Below, piece after piece: positions 20,100 through 30,648 of a DNA stretch of 64,000 bases (its first letter is position 1; every line of letters begins with the position of its first letter). Below the pieces are notes generated by a model that was not told the origin of the DNA, did no database searches, and saw only the letters and a list, made by a program, of their open reading frames with translations. The position numbers and the translations under genes were made by a program. The DNA comes from a bacterium (GTDB lineage: Bacteria > UBA8248 > JACPRG01 > G963555815): NCBI GenBank assembly GCA_963555815.3, contig CAUVWX020000001.1, forward strand, positions 512,001-576,000, in the 5' to 3' direction.

Positions 20100-21578
20100 A
20101 TGCCGCTTAAGCTCCCCGACATCAACCTCTTCGCGATCATGCCGGAGATCGCCATGACGGTCCTCGTCTGCCTCGTGCTCTTAGTGGACCTCTTTGTCCC
20201 CCAGAGGCGAAAGGCGCTCTTGGGCCTCCTGACGCTTTTCGGGGTCGTCGTGACGGGCCTTCTCACCCTCCCCCTGATCGGAATGGAGGCCGACCTCTTC
20301 AGCGACATGTACCGGGTGGACTCCTTCGCCATCTTCTTCAAGTTCATCTTTCTGGCGATAACCGCCCTCACGGTCCTCATCTCCATGCGATACCTCTCGA
20401 TAGAGGAGATCCACCTGGGGGAGTACTACGCCCTGGTCCTCTTCAGCGTCATCGGGATGATGGTGATGGCCGGGGGGAGTGACCTCCTGACCATCTACAT
20501 CGGCCTGGAGCTTCTCTCCATCCCCATCTACATGCTGGTCGGCTTCATGAAGCGAGACCTCTTGTCCCAAGAGGGAGGGATCAAATACTTTCTCCTGGGG
20601 GCCTTTAGCTCGGGGATCATCCTCTACGGGATCGCCCTCGCTTACGGCATTACGGGGACGACGAACCTCGCCGCCATGCACGCCGCCTTCGGAGAGACGA
20701 CAGGCCCCAATATTCTCCTCACCCTCTCTGTCATCATGATCGTGGCTGGGTTCGCCTTCAAGATCGCCCTCGTCCCCTTTCACATGTGGGCCCCGGACGC
20801 CTACCAGGGGGCCCCCACCTCCATCACGGCCTTCATGAGCGTGGGGACCAAGGCGGCGGCCTTCGCGGGGCTGCTCCGGATCTTCGCCGTCGCCTTCGAG
20901 GGGATCGCCGATCAGTGGGCCATCCTCCTCTGGCTCCTGGCCGTCTTCAGCATGACCTGGGGCAACATCGCCGCCATGGTCCAGTCCAACCTGAAACGGC
21001 TCCTGGCCTACTCTTCGGTGGCCCACGCCGGCTACGTCATGATGGGCCTCGTCGTCGGCAGCGAGATCGGGATGGCAAGCGTCCTCCTCTATCTGGCCGT
21101 CTACATCTTCATGAACATGGGCGCCTTCACCATGGTGATCCTCCTGTGCCGCCAAAACTTCCGAGGAGACCGGGTGGAGGATTTTCGGGGGCTCGCGAGG
21201 GCCCACCCCTTGGCCGGCATCGGCTTTGTCATCTTCTTTCTCTCTTTGGCGGGGATCCCGCCGACGGCGGGATTTGTCGGGAAGTTCTATCTCTTCTCAG
21301 CAGCCATCGAGTCAGGCTATATCTGGCTCGCCCTCATCGGGGTCCTGAACAGCGTCCTCTCCGTCTACTACTACTTCAAGATCGTCGCAAACATGTACAT
21401 GGCAGAACCGGCGGGGAAGGTCGATATCTCCACCTCCGTCCCGCTCCGTCTCGCCCTTGGCTTGATGGTGGCCGGGGTCCTCCTGATCGGGGTCTATCCC
21501 GACCCCCTGATCTCTGCGGCCAAGGCCTCAGTGGCCCCTTTCTTCCAAGGGGCGTCGGCCATCGCCCTGGTTCCCTAG
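20100..21578 (+). CDS. nuoN: NADH-quinone oxidoreductase subunit N
   Basis: FKIALVPFHMWAPDAYQGAP and KRLLAYSS motifs. Confidence 0.96.
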   Translation: MPLKLPDINLFAIMPEIAMTVLVCLVLLVDLFVPQRRKALLGLLTLFGVVVTGLLTLPLIGMEADLFSDMYRVDSFAIFFKFIFLAITALTVLISMRYLSIEEIHLGEYYALVLFSVIGMMVMAGGSDLLTIYIGLELLSIPIYMLVGFMKRDLLSQEGGIKYFLLGAFSSGIILYGIALAYGITGTTNLAAMHAAFGETTGPNILLTLSVIMIVAGFAFKIALVPFHMWAPDAYQGAPTSITAFMSVGTKAAAFAGLLRIFAVAFEGIADQWAILLWLLAVFSMTWGNIAAMVQSNLKRLLAYSSVAHAGYVMMGLVVGSEIGMASVLLYLAVYIFMNMGAFTMVILLCRQNFRGDRVEDFRGLARAHPLAGIGFVIFFLSLAGIPPTAGFVGKFYLFSAAIESGYIWLALIGVLNSVLSVYYYFKIVANMYMAEPAGKVDISTSVPLRLALGLMVAGVLLIGVYPDPLISAAKASVAPFFQGASAIALVP

Positions 21579-21709
21579 TGGTCCTCTGAATAAAATTCCC
21601 ACCTTTTGAGGCCATTGTGAAAGGCGCAGGGGTTTTGGTATAAAAGAGGCCTGGCCCCTGCCGCCCTGGTCCATCTTCAGACCCTGGATTCTCTGACGCT
21701 AAGGCACTC

Positions 21710-23128
21710 ATGGACAAAAAGCGCCGTATTTATCTTCTCCGAGACCTCCCACCCGAGGTGGTCGCCGTCGCCTTTGCGAAGACGAGCCGCTCCCCCAAGG
21801 CCTTTGACGAGATCGCCAAGGAGCTGACCGAAAGCGCCTCGGCCGAGTTCCACGAGAAATGGGTCGTCGGCTATGGCCACGCCTCGGTGGCCGAGCACGC
21901 CGTCCTCTCCATCGCCATCGAGAATGTCTCCCGTTACGCAACGGAAGTCATCGAGGCAAACCGTCTCGCCTCTTACACCGAAAAGTCCTCCCGCTATCAG
22001 GTTTTCAAGCCGGACGACTACCATGTCCCGGACGAGGTGGACGCCTCACCCCTCGGACAGGAATATCGTCAGGCCATGCGGTGGATGTTCGAGAACTATC
22101 ACGCTGTCCAGGCGAAGCTGGACGCCTTCATCAAGGAGAAAGAGGTCCTCCAAAGGAGAGAGAACGAAACGGATCGGGGATACAACGTCCGCGTTAGGGC
22201 CCACGCCCTCGACCGCTCGCGCTTTCTCCTCCCCACCGCCGCCCTGGCCAATGTGGGGATGACCGTCAACGCCCGACACCTGGAGCACGCCATCACCAAG
22301 ATGCTCTCCCACGATCTGTCCGAGGTCCGACAGATCGGGGCCACCCTGAAGGAGGTCAGCCAGGCGGCCGTCCCAACCCTCGTCAAGTATGCAGACGCCA
22401 ACGCCTACCTGAAAGACACAGGGGCAGCCCTGAAGGCGCTCACCGCCTCGATCTCGGTCGACGGCCCCCCCGTCTCAAAGGCATCCGACCCTCAGGAAAA
22501 TTATGCCCGGCTGGTCCAGGTCCCCGAAAATCCAGACGTCGCCCTGGCGGCGGCCGTCTTGTTCAAATACAGCCACCTCCCCTACGAGGTCATCCGGGAG
22601 AGGGTGGCCCAGATGCCCCGAGAGACTCGGGAAAAAGTTATCGAAGAGGCCCTGAGCCGAATAGAACGTTTTGACATCCCCATCCGGGAGATGGAGTACC
22701 TGACCTACACCTTCGAGTGTCTCGTGGACCAGGGGGCCTTCCTCGACCTCAAGCGCCACCGGATGTGCAGCCAGAGCATCCAAGCCCCGACCATCCGCCA
22801 CGGGTTCACGATCCCCGAGCTCGTCGAGGACGCCGGGGTGAAACAAGAATATCTGGCGGGGGTGGACAAGGCCGAAGAATGCTTCGAGAAGTTTTTGGCG
22901 GATTTTCCGAACGAGGCCCCCTACTTTGTCTTAAACGCCCATCACCGCCGCTTCCTTTGGCAGATGAACCTCCGGGAGGTGATGCACGTGGTGAAGCTCC
23001 GCTCCGACCCCAAGGGGCACTTCACCTACCGGATGGCGGCTCAGCAGATCTACCACGAGGTCTCCCGAGTCCACCCCCAGATCGCACGCTATATCGAGGT
23101 GAATTTAGAGCCCGCCAGCGGGAGATAA
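21710..23128 (+). CDS. thyX: FAD-dependent thymidylate synthase, long two-domain type
   Basis: GHASVAEHA, EKSSRY, DLKRHR and NLRE motifs spread over duplicated Thy1 domains. Confidence 0.85.
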   Translation: MDKKRRIYLLRDLPPEVVAVAFAKTSRSPKAFDEIAKELTESASAEFHEKWVVGYGHASVAEHAVLSIAIENVSRYATEVIEANRLASYTEKSSRYQVFKPDDYHVPDEVDASPLGQEYRQAMRWMFENYHAVQAKLDAFIKEKEVLQRRENETDRGYNVRVRAHALDRSRFLLPTAALANVGMTVNARHLEHAITKMLSHDLSEVRQIGATLKEVSQAAVPTLVKYADANAYLKDTGAALKALTASISVDGPPVSKASDPQENYARLVQVPENPDVALAAAVLFKYSHLPYEVIRERVAQMPRETREKVIEEALSRIERFDIPIREMEYLTYTFECLVDQGAFLDLKRHRMCSQSIQAPTIRHGFTIPELVEDAGVKQEYLAGVDKAEECFEKFLADFPNEAPYFVLNAHHRRFLWQMNLREVMHVVKLRSDPKGHFTYRMAAQQIYHEVSRVHPQIARYIEVNLEPASGR

Positions 23129-23324
23129 GACCCGGGGAAGGACACTTCGAGCAAACCCGCCCTCAATCCCGCAAGGCCGGCCCCCCACGACTGATCCTCT
23201 GAACACAGCGGCAGGTGGACGGACCCGAAATTGTCTGATAGAATTGAGCGTTTTGGACACAGAAGCGCGATGTCTTTCCACCCCATACAATTCCCCGGGA
23301 CTCCGGGGTGAGGAGGGTTTTTAG

Positions 23325-24503
23325 GTGCCTATCAAACCGCACGGCGGGGTCCTCGTTGACCGGATGGTCCGGGAGGAGGAGCGGCCCGCCTTGGACAAAA
23401 AAGCCCAAGGGCTGCCGAAAATCGCCCTGTCGGCCCAGGAGCATTCCGATCTCGAACTCATCGCGACGGGGGCCTACAGCCCCCTAAGGGGATTCATGGA
23501 GGAGGAGGACTACCAGGCTGTGGTGGAGGACCAGCACCTCGCCTCGGGCCTTCCCTGGACGCTTCCCATCGTCCTCGGGGTGGACGAGAAGACGGCCCAG
23601 ACCCTTTCCATAGGTGACGAGATTACCCTCACGGTCGGGAAGGAAACGACCGGGCTTCTTCGGGTCACCTCTCAGTGGAAGCCGGACAAGGAGAGGGAGG
23701 TGGAGCAGGTCTTCGGGACAAAAGATTCGGACCACCCCGGGGTTCTCCAGGTCTTCGAGCGAGGCCCTGTCCTCATCGGGGGGCCTATTAAACTCTTTCG
23801 AAGAGGGGCCGCCACCGAGTGGTCCAACTTCCATCTGGAACCCAAGGAGACCCGCCTTCTCTTTCAGCTCAAGGGGTGGAAGACGGTCGTGGCCTTCCAG
23901 ACCCGAAACCCCATTCATCGCGCCCACGAGTACATTCAGAAGTGCGCCCTAGAATGTGTGGACGGCCTCCTACTTCATCCCCTGGTCGGGGCCACCAAGG
24001 AGGACGACCTGGCGGCGGACCTCCGCATGGCCTCCTACAGGGTGATCCTGGAGAGCTATTTTCCCAAGAACCGGACGGTCCTCTCCGTGTTTCCGGCGGC
24101 CATGCGCTACGCCGGGCCGAAGGAGGCCATCTTCCACGCTATCGTGCGAAAGAACTACGGCTGTACCCATTTCATCGTGGGTCGGGACCACGCCGGCGTC
24201 GGATCTTACTACGGCTCCTATGACGCCCACCATATCTTCCACGAGTTCGAGGCCTCGGAGATCGGGATCACCCCCCTCTTCTTCGACCACGCCTTCTACT
24301 GCCGTGGGTGTGAGGCCATGATAACGGCCAAGACCTGCCCCCACGGGGAAAAAGAGCGCGTCTTCCTGAGCGGAACTCGTGTGAGGGAAATTTTAGACCG
24401 CGGGGAGCTTCCACCCCCCGAGGTGATGCGGCCTGAAGTCGCCCGGGTCTTGCACCAGGCTTACGCCGAGCGGGCAGGACAGGGTTCTGACGGCGGCTCT
24501 TGA
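23325..24503 (+). CDS. sat: sulfate adenylyltransferase
   Basis: QTRNPIHRAHE, MRYAGPKEA and GRDHAG motifs. Confidence 0.96.
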   Translation: MPIKPHGGVLVDRMVREEERPALDKKAQGLPKIALSAQEHSDLELIATGAYSPLRGFMEEEDYQAVVEDQHLASGLPWTLPIVLGVDEKTAQTLSIGDEITLTVGKETTGLLRVTSQWKPDKEREVEQVFGTKDSDHPGVLQVFERGPVLIGGPIKLFRRGAATEWSNFHLEPKETRLLFQLKGWKTVVAFQTRNPIHRAHEYIQKCALECVDGLLLHPLVGATKEDDLAADLRMASYRVILESYFPKNRTVLSVFPAAMRYAGPKEAIFHAIVRKNYGCTHFIVGRDHAGVGSYYGSYDAHHIFHEFEASEIGITPLFFDHAFYCRGCEAMITAKTCPHGEKERVFLSGTRVREILDRGELPPPEVMRPEVARVLHQAYAERAGQGSDGGS

Positions 24504-24514
24504 GGAGAGAGAAA

Positions 24515-25132
24515 GTGATCAAAGATAAACCCAGAGGGTTCACGGTCTGGTTCACAGGCCTTCCCTGCTCAGGGAAAAGCACGATTGCCGTTCTTCTCGG
24601 AGAGAAACTTCACGAGCGCGGTTTTCCGAACGTCGAGGTCTTCGACGGCGACGAAGTGCGCCGCAATCTCAGCGCCGACCTCGGCTTCTCAAAAGAGGAC
24701 CGCGATAAGCACATCATTCGCCTGGGATACCTCTGTCACCTCTTGACCCGAAACGGGGTTCCCAACATGGCGGCGGTCATCGCCCCCTACCGGGCCATCC
24801 GAGACGCCGTGAGGGCCGAGGTGGGGCGCTTCGTGGAGCTCTACGTCAAATGCCCTGTTGAGGTCTGTGCAAAGCGGGACGTGAAAGGGATGTACGCGAA
24901 AGCTTTTAAGGGTGAGATTAAGAATTTTACGGGGGTCTCAGACCCCTATGAAGAGCCCCTCAACCCCGAGATAACCGTCGAGACGGACAAAGAGTCGGTT
25001 GAGGAATCTGTCGCGCACATCCTCACCCGCCTGGAAGAATTCGGTTACATCGAGCCCGCCGATTACGTCTATTCCGAGGAAGAGAATCAGACCATCCAGG
25101 CCAAACTGAAAGGCTTGGGATATATCGACTAG
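24515..25132 (+). CDS. cysC: adenylyl-sulfate kinase with extra C-terminal LKGLGYID tail
   Basis: GLPCSGKST P-loop, DGDEVR, RDVKGMY, FTGVSDPYE; GTG at 24515 follows GAGGAG (alternative TTG at 24500). Confidence 0.95.
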   Translation: MIKDKPRGFTVWFTGLPCSGKSTIAVLLGEKLHERGFPNVEVFDGDEVRRNLSADLGFSKEDRDKHIIRLGYLCHLLTRNGVPNMAAVIAPYRAIRDAVRAEVGRFVELYVKCPVEVCAKRDVKGMYAKAFKGEIKNFTGVSDPYEEPLNPEITVETDKESVEESVAHILTRLEEFGYIEPADYVYSEEENQTIQAKLKGLGYID

Positions 25133-25390
25133 ATTGGGGACCAGGCGATCTCCCTCCAACTCTCCCCCTAAGAAGGGAGATAAAACCCAGTGACCCCATC
25201 GACGCGCCCTCGGAAGATCCGGGACATCAGTCGCGGAAAAGTCGTCGCCCTTTTATTCAAACGGGCCATTTTCCCCCGTCAAGCTTTTTCTACCTTCTTA
25301 CAAAACCCTGACTTTTCCCTTGACTTTAGGCCGCGTCAATCATCTAGCCTATAGACGAAGATCGTACAGCACATTTTTTGGGGGCGTTGC

Positions 25391-26215
25391 ATGGCACTGA
25401 TCCCACCGTTCTTTGTCGATTGTGTGGTCGCAATAGGAACTGATGATCCCGATGGAAATCGAACATGGATAGCGTCCGGCTTTCTCTATGGCTACCACCT
25501 AGGTGATAAACCCGATGGTAAAAAAGAATATGGGATATATCTCGTAAGTAACCGCCATGTTTTCGAAGACATGGCACAAGTCTACTTGCGGCTGAACCCA
25601 CAGGCAAATGAGCCTGATCGAGAATACACCCTTACTCTCCTAGACAATGACGGAGCGCCTCTATGGGTGCCCCATCCAAACCCTGAAATAGACGTAGCAG
25701 TAATAACGATCAATATTGGGTGGCTCGAAGAACAAGCTATGCAAGTGGCGTATTTCCGAAGTGACCTAGAAGCAAATGTTGAAAAGCTAAAAGACCTCGG
25801 AATAACTGAGGGTGACTTTGTATATGTTCTAGGCTTTCCCATGGGATTTGTAGGAGATCTGAGAAACACCGTCATAGTCCGCGGTGGTTCCATTGCTAGA
25901 ATACGCGACGTCTTGGCGGGGACCAGCCAAGAATTCCTTGTAGATGCATTTATTTTTCCAGGAAACAGTGGGGGACCGGTTGTATCAAAACCAGAGGCAT
26001 TATCGATTGAGGGGACAAAATCTCAAAAGACAGCCTTCCTCATTGGTATAGTTAAGTCGTATGTTCCGTATCGAGATGTAGCCATCAGTTTGCAGACAAA
26101 AAGGCCTAGGGTCATTTTTGAGGAGAACTCCGGCTTAGCAGCGGTTCATTCCGTCGATTGTATTCATGAAGCGATCCAGGAGCATCTCAAAAAGGAAGAA
26201 GCTAGCAAGCTATAA
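25391..26215 (+). CDS. trypsin-like serine protease
   Basis: Catalytic triad NRHV / IDVA / GNSGGP; visibly more AT-rich than its neighbours. Confidence 0.85.
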   Translation: MALIPPFFVDCVVAIGTDDPDGNRTWIASGFLYGYHLGDKPDGKKEYGIYLVSNRHVFEDMAQVYLRLNPQANEPDREYTLTLLDNDGAPLWVPHPNPEIDVAVITINIGWLEEQAMQVAYFRSDLEANVEKLKDLGITEGDFVYVLGFPMGFVGDLRNTVIVRGGSIARIRDVLAGTSQEFLVDAFIFPGNSGGPVVSKPEALSIEGTKSQKTAFLIGIVKSYVPYRDVAISLQTKRPRVIFEENSGLAAVHSVDCIHEAIQEHLKKEEASKL

Positions 26216-26295
26216 TTATCTATTACTGATGATCAGGCAGAAATGGATATCGCTCCAATTGCCCCTCCGATCATTTCACCGGACAGGCGGGCCGA

Positions 26296-27699
26296 TCAGG
26301 CTCTGGGAGAAATCACTCGCCCGCGCATCAAGGGAGAGGCGGGAAGGCCAAAGAGGTCCAGGATGGTGGGGGTCACGTCGTAGAGGCTGAGGCCGTCGAG
26401 GCGGGTTCCCAGACCGGTCCGACCCCCTTTGAGGTCTGCCTTCTTCGCCATGATGAATATCCCGTGGGTGTCGTGGTTGGCGTCGTCAGGGCCCGTGTCA
26501 TTCTCTCGGGTGTGGATGGACCTATGGCCCACGGTCCCGACAGAGCGCCAGTCCAGGTCTCCAAAATAGACGATGAGATCGGGCGGGATCCCCCGGACCT
26601 CCTGATAGACCTCCTCGGGATAGAATACGCGGGTCCCGAGGGGGCGCCCTGATTCGTCGGAAAGCTCTTCCATGCCCTGCTTCAACTCTGCCCGAATCTT
26701 CTCCACGTCATTTGGGGCGATGACCCCCTGGGGTTCCCGGCCCTTTACGTTGAGATAGATCCGGCCATAGTACCCCCCCTCTCCCCAGACCATGGTCCGG
26801 TCCCAGTTCACCTCGAGCTTGCTGAGGGAGGTGAGCTTCTTGGGGTAGGCGGAAAGGCTCAAATATTTCTCTTTCATGAGCCATTCGTTGACGCACAGCC
26901 CCCCCTCCATCCTCTTCACCCCGTGGTCAGAGAGGACGATGATGACCGTGTCCTCATCAATGCCCTCAATCAGCTCGCCGATCTCCTTGTCCACATAGCG
27001 GTAATAATCGCGGATGACGTGCTGATAGGGGTTCCCCGGGGGGTGCTTGATGTGGTCCTCATCGTGAAACTTCCAAAAGCCGTGGTGCATGCGGTCCACC
27101 CCGATCTCCATCGACATAAAAAAGTCCCACGGCTTTCGGGTGAGGAGGTGTTTAAGAACCCTAAAGCGTTTTTCTGTCATCTCGTGGATCTGTTGGAGGA
27201 GCCGCGGTTTGTCGTCGGTCCGGAATCCCTCCACGTCAAACTGGTACCCGCCGACAAGGCGCTGAATTTCCTCCTTGAGCTCAGGGGGATGCGTGAAAGG
27301 GACCTCGGAGTTCGGGGTGAGAAAGCAGGAGATGAGGCAGCCCCGGACGGGCTTCACAGGATATGAAGGAGGGACCCCGACGACCACCACCTCCCGGCCG
27401 GTGCGGCCCAGGATGTCCCACAGGGTCTCCTCTTGGACCGAGAGAGAGCTGGTGATCCCCAGGGCCCCGTACTGATAGGAGGTCCGGTTTCGGAACCCAT
27501 AGATCCCGAGTTCTCCAGGGTCCCGCCCCGTCATCATGCAGGCCCAGGCTGGAACCGTGATGGGGGGGATGGTGCTCTGAAGAGGTCCCCAGACGCCGGC
27601 CTCCATGAGCCGCCTGAGGTTCGGAAGTTCTTGTCGCCAGCGGTCAAAGACCAGGCGAGGGTCTGCGCAGTCGAGGCCCAGGAGCAAGACCTTGGTCAT
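26296..27699 (-). CDS. alkaline-phosphatase-superfamily / nucleotide pyrophosphatase-phosphodiesterase
   Basis: LGLDCA, PPITVPAW, DRMHH, SDHG and NHD motifs; ATG overlaps the upstream stop (ATGA). Confidence 0.88.
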   Translation of the reverse strand: MTKVLLLGLDCADPRLVFDRWRQELPNLRRLMEAGVWGPLQSTIPPITVPAWACMMTGRDPGELGIYGFRNRTSYQYGALGITSSLSVQEETLWDILGRTGREVVVVGVPPSYPVKPVRGCLISCFLTPNSEVPFTHPPELKEEIQRLVGGYQFDVEGFRTDDKPRLLQQIHEMTEKRFRVLKHLLTRKPWDFFMSMEIGVDRMHHGFWKFHDEDHIKHPPGNPYQHVIRDYYRYVDKEIGELIEGIDEDTVIIVLSDHGVKRMEGGLCVNEWLMKEKYLSLSAYPKKLTSLSKLEVNWDRTMVWGEGGYYGRIYLNVKGREPQGVIAPNDVEKIRAELKQGMEELSDESGRPLGTRVFYPEEVYQEVRGIPPDLIVYFGDLDWRSVGTVGHRSIHTRENDTGPDDANHDTHGIFIMAKKADLKGGRTGLGTRLDGLSLYDVTPTILDLFGLPASPLMRGRVISPRA

Positions 27700-28961
27700 G
27701 AGGCCATTTCCCTTGGGTGGGCGAGGAGGGCCGCATTCTCCTCCTCCCCCAGACACCGCGTGTAGATGGCCTCGATGGCCGACAAGGAGCGCCCTTCCGT
27801 CACCTCCTCCCGATAGGTCCGGGCCGCCCCGTCGCCCAGCCGTTTCGCCAGGGCGGGGGACTGAAGGATTTGGATGGCCCCCTCGGCCAGGGCTTTCGGT
27901 CCAGGCCGAGAGACAACGTAGCCGTTCTCGCCATGGCGAATCCCCTCGGCGGAGCCCTCACTGACGAGGATAGGCCTTCCAGCCGCCAGGTAGTTCAAGA
28001 GTTTAATGGGATAGCCGGAGCACCGAAGGCGCGGACAGACGAGGAGGTCGGCCCCCCGCATCAAACGCCACTCCTCATCCAAGGGAGGTTTCACGCGAAA
28101 GGAGACCCGGTCCGACAGCCCCAGGGCCCTCGCCAGGGCGGCATAACGGGAAGGGTCAGAATGGGTGGTGATGACCAGGCGGACTTCTGAGAGCCTCGAG
28201 GCCACCTCGGCGAACCCCTCCATCAGGAGGTCGATATCCTGATAAGGATGGAGGTTTCCCGTATAGAGGATGAAGGGATGGCGCTCTCCGTCTGTCCTGG
28301 AAGGAGTTCCATCGGCGGGGCAAAAGATCAGAGGGCGGATGCAGGAAGAGCGATCCGCCGCCACCCCCAAGGCCCGAAAGGCCCGAAGGGTTCTCTGGCA
28401 AAGGGCAATGCAGTGGTCTGACCGACGCGGAAGCTCCCGGTCCAGCAGTCGGCCCACCCAATGCGCCAGGGCCCGCTTCCACGAGGCCTGAAAATAGGTG
28501 GGGAGCTCCTCCTCAAGGAGGGTGTGGCTGTGATAGAGGACGGGAATGCCCGTCCACCTTCCGGCCAGCAGGGAGATGAGCAGCCCCTCGTAGCTGTGGG
28601 CGTGGAGGAGCTCAACCCCCTCCCTGCGGATGACCCGCAGGAGCTCTCTCAAGACGAAGAGGTCGAGAAGAGGCTTATAGAGATGAGGGCCCGGGTAGTC
28701 TACAGCATAACGAAGGGGACAGGCAGCCCGGTGGATCCGCAAGGAAGCGGTCGGACGGGAGCCCCCGAAGGGGTAAGTGACCACGTGAATCTTGTGTCCC
28801 CTCCTCTCGAGGCTCCCGGCCAGATCCTGGATAAGGACCTGAGAGCCCTGAACGCTTGGGAAGGGACAGGGGGCCACCATGGCCACCTTCCGACGAGATC
28901 CTGTTTCACCCATCTGAGGGAGCGTCTCAAGATCATCAAGAACGCTTAGAGAGCCGGTCAT
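27696..28961 (-). CDS. glycosyltransferase family 4
   Basis: LLHAHS, YTGNL and YPIKLLNYLAAGRPI GT-B motifs; start uncertain. Confidence 0.85.
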   Translation of the reverse strand: MTGSLSVLDDLETLPQMGETGSRRKVAMVAPCPFPSVQGSQVLIQDLAGSLERRGHKIHVVTYPFGGSRPTASLRIHRAACPLRYAVDYPGPHLYKPLLDLFVLRELLRVIRREGVELLHAHSYEGLLISLLAGRWTGIPVLYHSHTLLEEELPTYFQASWKRALAHWVGRLLDRELPRRSDHCIALCQRTLRAFRALGVAADRSSCIRPLIFCPADGTPSRTDGERHPFILYTGNLHPYQDIDLLMEGFAEVASRLSEVRLVITTHSDPSRYAALARALGLSDRVSFRVKPPLDEEWRLMRGADLLVCPRLRCSGYPIKLLNYLAAGRPILVSEGSAEGIRHGENGYVVSRPGPKALAEGAIQILQSPALAKRLGDGAARTYREEVTEGRSLSAIEAIYTRCLGEEENAALLAHPREMAS

Positions 28962-28971
28962 CTCTCTTTAC

Positions 28972-30648
28972 TCATTCCAGGTATCCAAGGTCCCGAAGCC
29001 GCCGGAAGGCCGTGCCTTCCCACCCCTGGGCCGCCGAAGGCGTTTCTTCCCCTGTCACGGCAACGGGGACGGGATGAGGCTCAGGGGCGCTCAGGATTTC
29101 TTCCAAGACCCGACCGTCCATCCCCACCGAAGGGGTGATCCCCAAAAGAGCGAGAAGCGTCGGGGCAAAGTCCACAAGATGGGGGGTGAACTGGCACTTC
29201 CCCAGGCGCACCCCCTCACCTGAGAGGACAAAGAATCCCTCTGGTCGGTGTGAGCCGTTCATCCCCCGGCCCCTGGCCCCCTCCACTCCCTGGAGAGACC
29301 GAACGAAGGGGCCCTTGGAGCGGGCTGGACTTCGAAGGCAGGAGTAGCTATAGCCCTCGTCGAGGGCGAGCTCTAGGAGAATGTCAGGAACCCGGCCCAC
29401 AAAGGGACCCCAGTAAACCTCCTCTCGCCGAAGGGCCCGCTCAACGAGGCGCCTCCCCGTGACGGGGTGTCTGAGAACCTTTAAGCGGCTGATGATCTCC
29501 TCCCTCAGATTCTCATATTCCCTGCCAGGCTCCACCGTCCCCTGAGGCTCCCTCCCTCGAAGGTTGATCCAAAGAGAGGGGAAATAGCTCAGCTCCTCGG
29601 AATAGACCCGGGTCTTCGCCCATTTGATCTGGCCGAAACGCAAGCGGGACTCCAACCCATTTGCCAGCTTGCCTCCGCCTGCACGAAAGACCTGTTCTTG
29701 AACCCTCCTCGGGAGATAGCCGAGGCCCAGCGTCTTCAGGGCTGAAAGGGCCCGGTAGCCCGCCCCCACTTTTCGAAAGGTCAGATGGCCCTCCCCGGCC
29801 AGCCAAGCGTTTAAGTGGATAATCTGGTTTCCTGTCCCCCCCGCCCCGTGGTCCGATACGACGAGGACTGTGACGTCATCGGGCGCCTTTTGCAGCAGGG
29901 AACCGATGGCTGAATCCACACGACGGTAGACATCTCGGATGGCGTCTCCAAAGCGCCTCGCCCCCTCTGAGTCATATCGGGGAGAGGATGGGTCGAAGAA
30001 CTTCCAGAAATGATGGCATACCGTATCTGTCTGGCCGAAGACGACACAGAAGCAATCCCACGTTTCCCGGCCCAGGAGGTACTCCGCCACGCGAGTTTCC
30101 TGCTCCAGCGATTTCAGGATCTCTTGATAGGCCCGCTCGTGCCAGCCCTTTCCGATCCGATCCTCCCGGCAAGCCGAGAGGGGGAAGAGTCCCGCCTCCT
30201 TGATGACCTCCTGGTAGAGCCCTCGAGGATGAAAAAAACTCTCGTTGAGACGCCAGGCCAGGGGGGAGTCGAATCCGCTGACCATACAGCCGTTGACAGC
30301 TTCAGGGGGGTATGTGGCGGGCATGCCGACGACGGCGACTCTTCGGCCGGCCTCACTGAGGATCCCCCAAAGACTAGAACTTTGCCGGTCTCGGGAGCTG
30401 GCGAATCGGACGGCATAGCGGCCGCCCTCCCTCAAGGTGAAGTCCACGAGACCGTGCCGCCCGGGGTTCTGACCGGTCATAAAGGAGGTCCAGGCGGGAT
30501 AGGTGGAGGGGGGAAGGGTCGACCGGACTCGCCCATAGGCCCCCTCCTTGAGGAGACGGGCCAGATGGGGGAGATCTCCCGCTCGGGCCCACGGCTCGAT
30601 GAGGTCCAGGGTGCCGGCGTCGACGCCGATGATGAGGAGGCGTCTCAA
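28972..30648 (-). CDS. alkaline-phosphatase-superfamily / nucleotide pyrophosphatase-phosphodiesterase
   Basis: IGVDAG, PPSTYPAW, DTVCH, SDHG, GSHRPEG; ends LRDLGYLE. Confidence 0.88.
   Translation of the reverse strand: MRRLLIIGVDAGTLDLIEPWARAGDLPHLARLLKEGAYGRVRSTLPPSTYPAWTSFMTGQNPGRHGLVDFTLREGGRYAVRFASSRDRQSSSLWGILSEAGRRVAVVGMPATYPPEAVNGCMVSGFDSPLAWRLNESFFHPRGLYQEVIKEAGLFPLSACREDRIGKGWHERAYQEILKSLEQETRVAEYLLGRETWDCFCVVFGQTDTVCHHFWKFFDPSSPRYDSEGARRFGDAIRDVYRRVDSAIGSLLQKAPDDVTVLVVSDHGAGGTGNQIIHLNAWLAGEGHLTFRKVGAGYRALSALKTLGLGYLPRRVQEQVFRAGGGKLANGLESRLRFGQIKWAKTRVYSEELSYFPSLWINLRGREPQGTVEPGREYENLREEIISRLKVLRHPVTGRRLVERALRREEVYWGPFVGRVPDILLELALDEGYSYSCLRSPARSKGPFVRSLQGVEGARGRGMNGSHRPEGFFVLSGEGVRLGKCQFTPHLVDFAPTLLALLGITPSVGMDGRVLEEILSAPEPHPVPVAVTGEETPSAAQGWEGTAFRRLRDLGYLE

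Noticed and set aside
23129..23324. SAM or other sulfur-related riboswitch before sat
   Set aside because: No recognisable aptamer consensus; only a short hairpin near the RBS.
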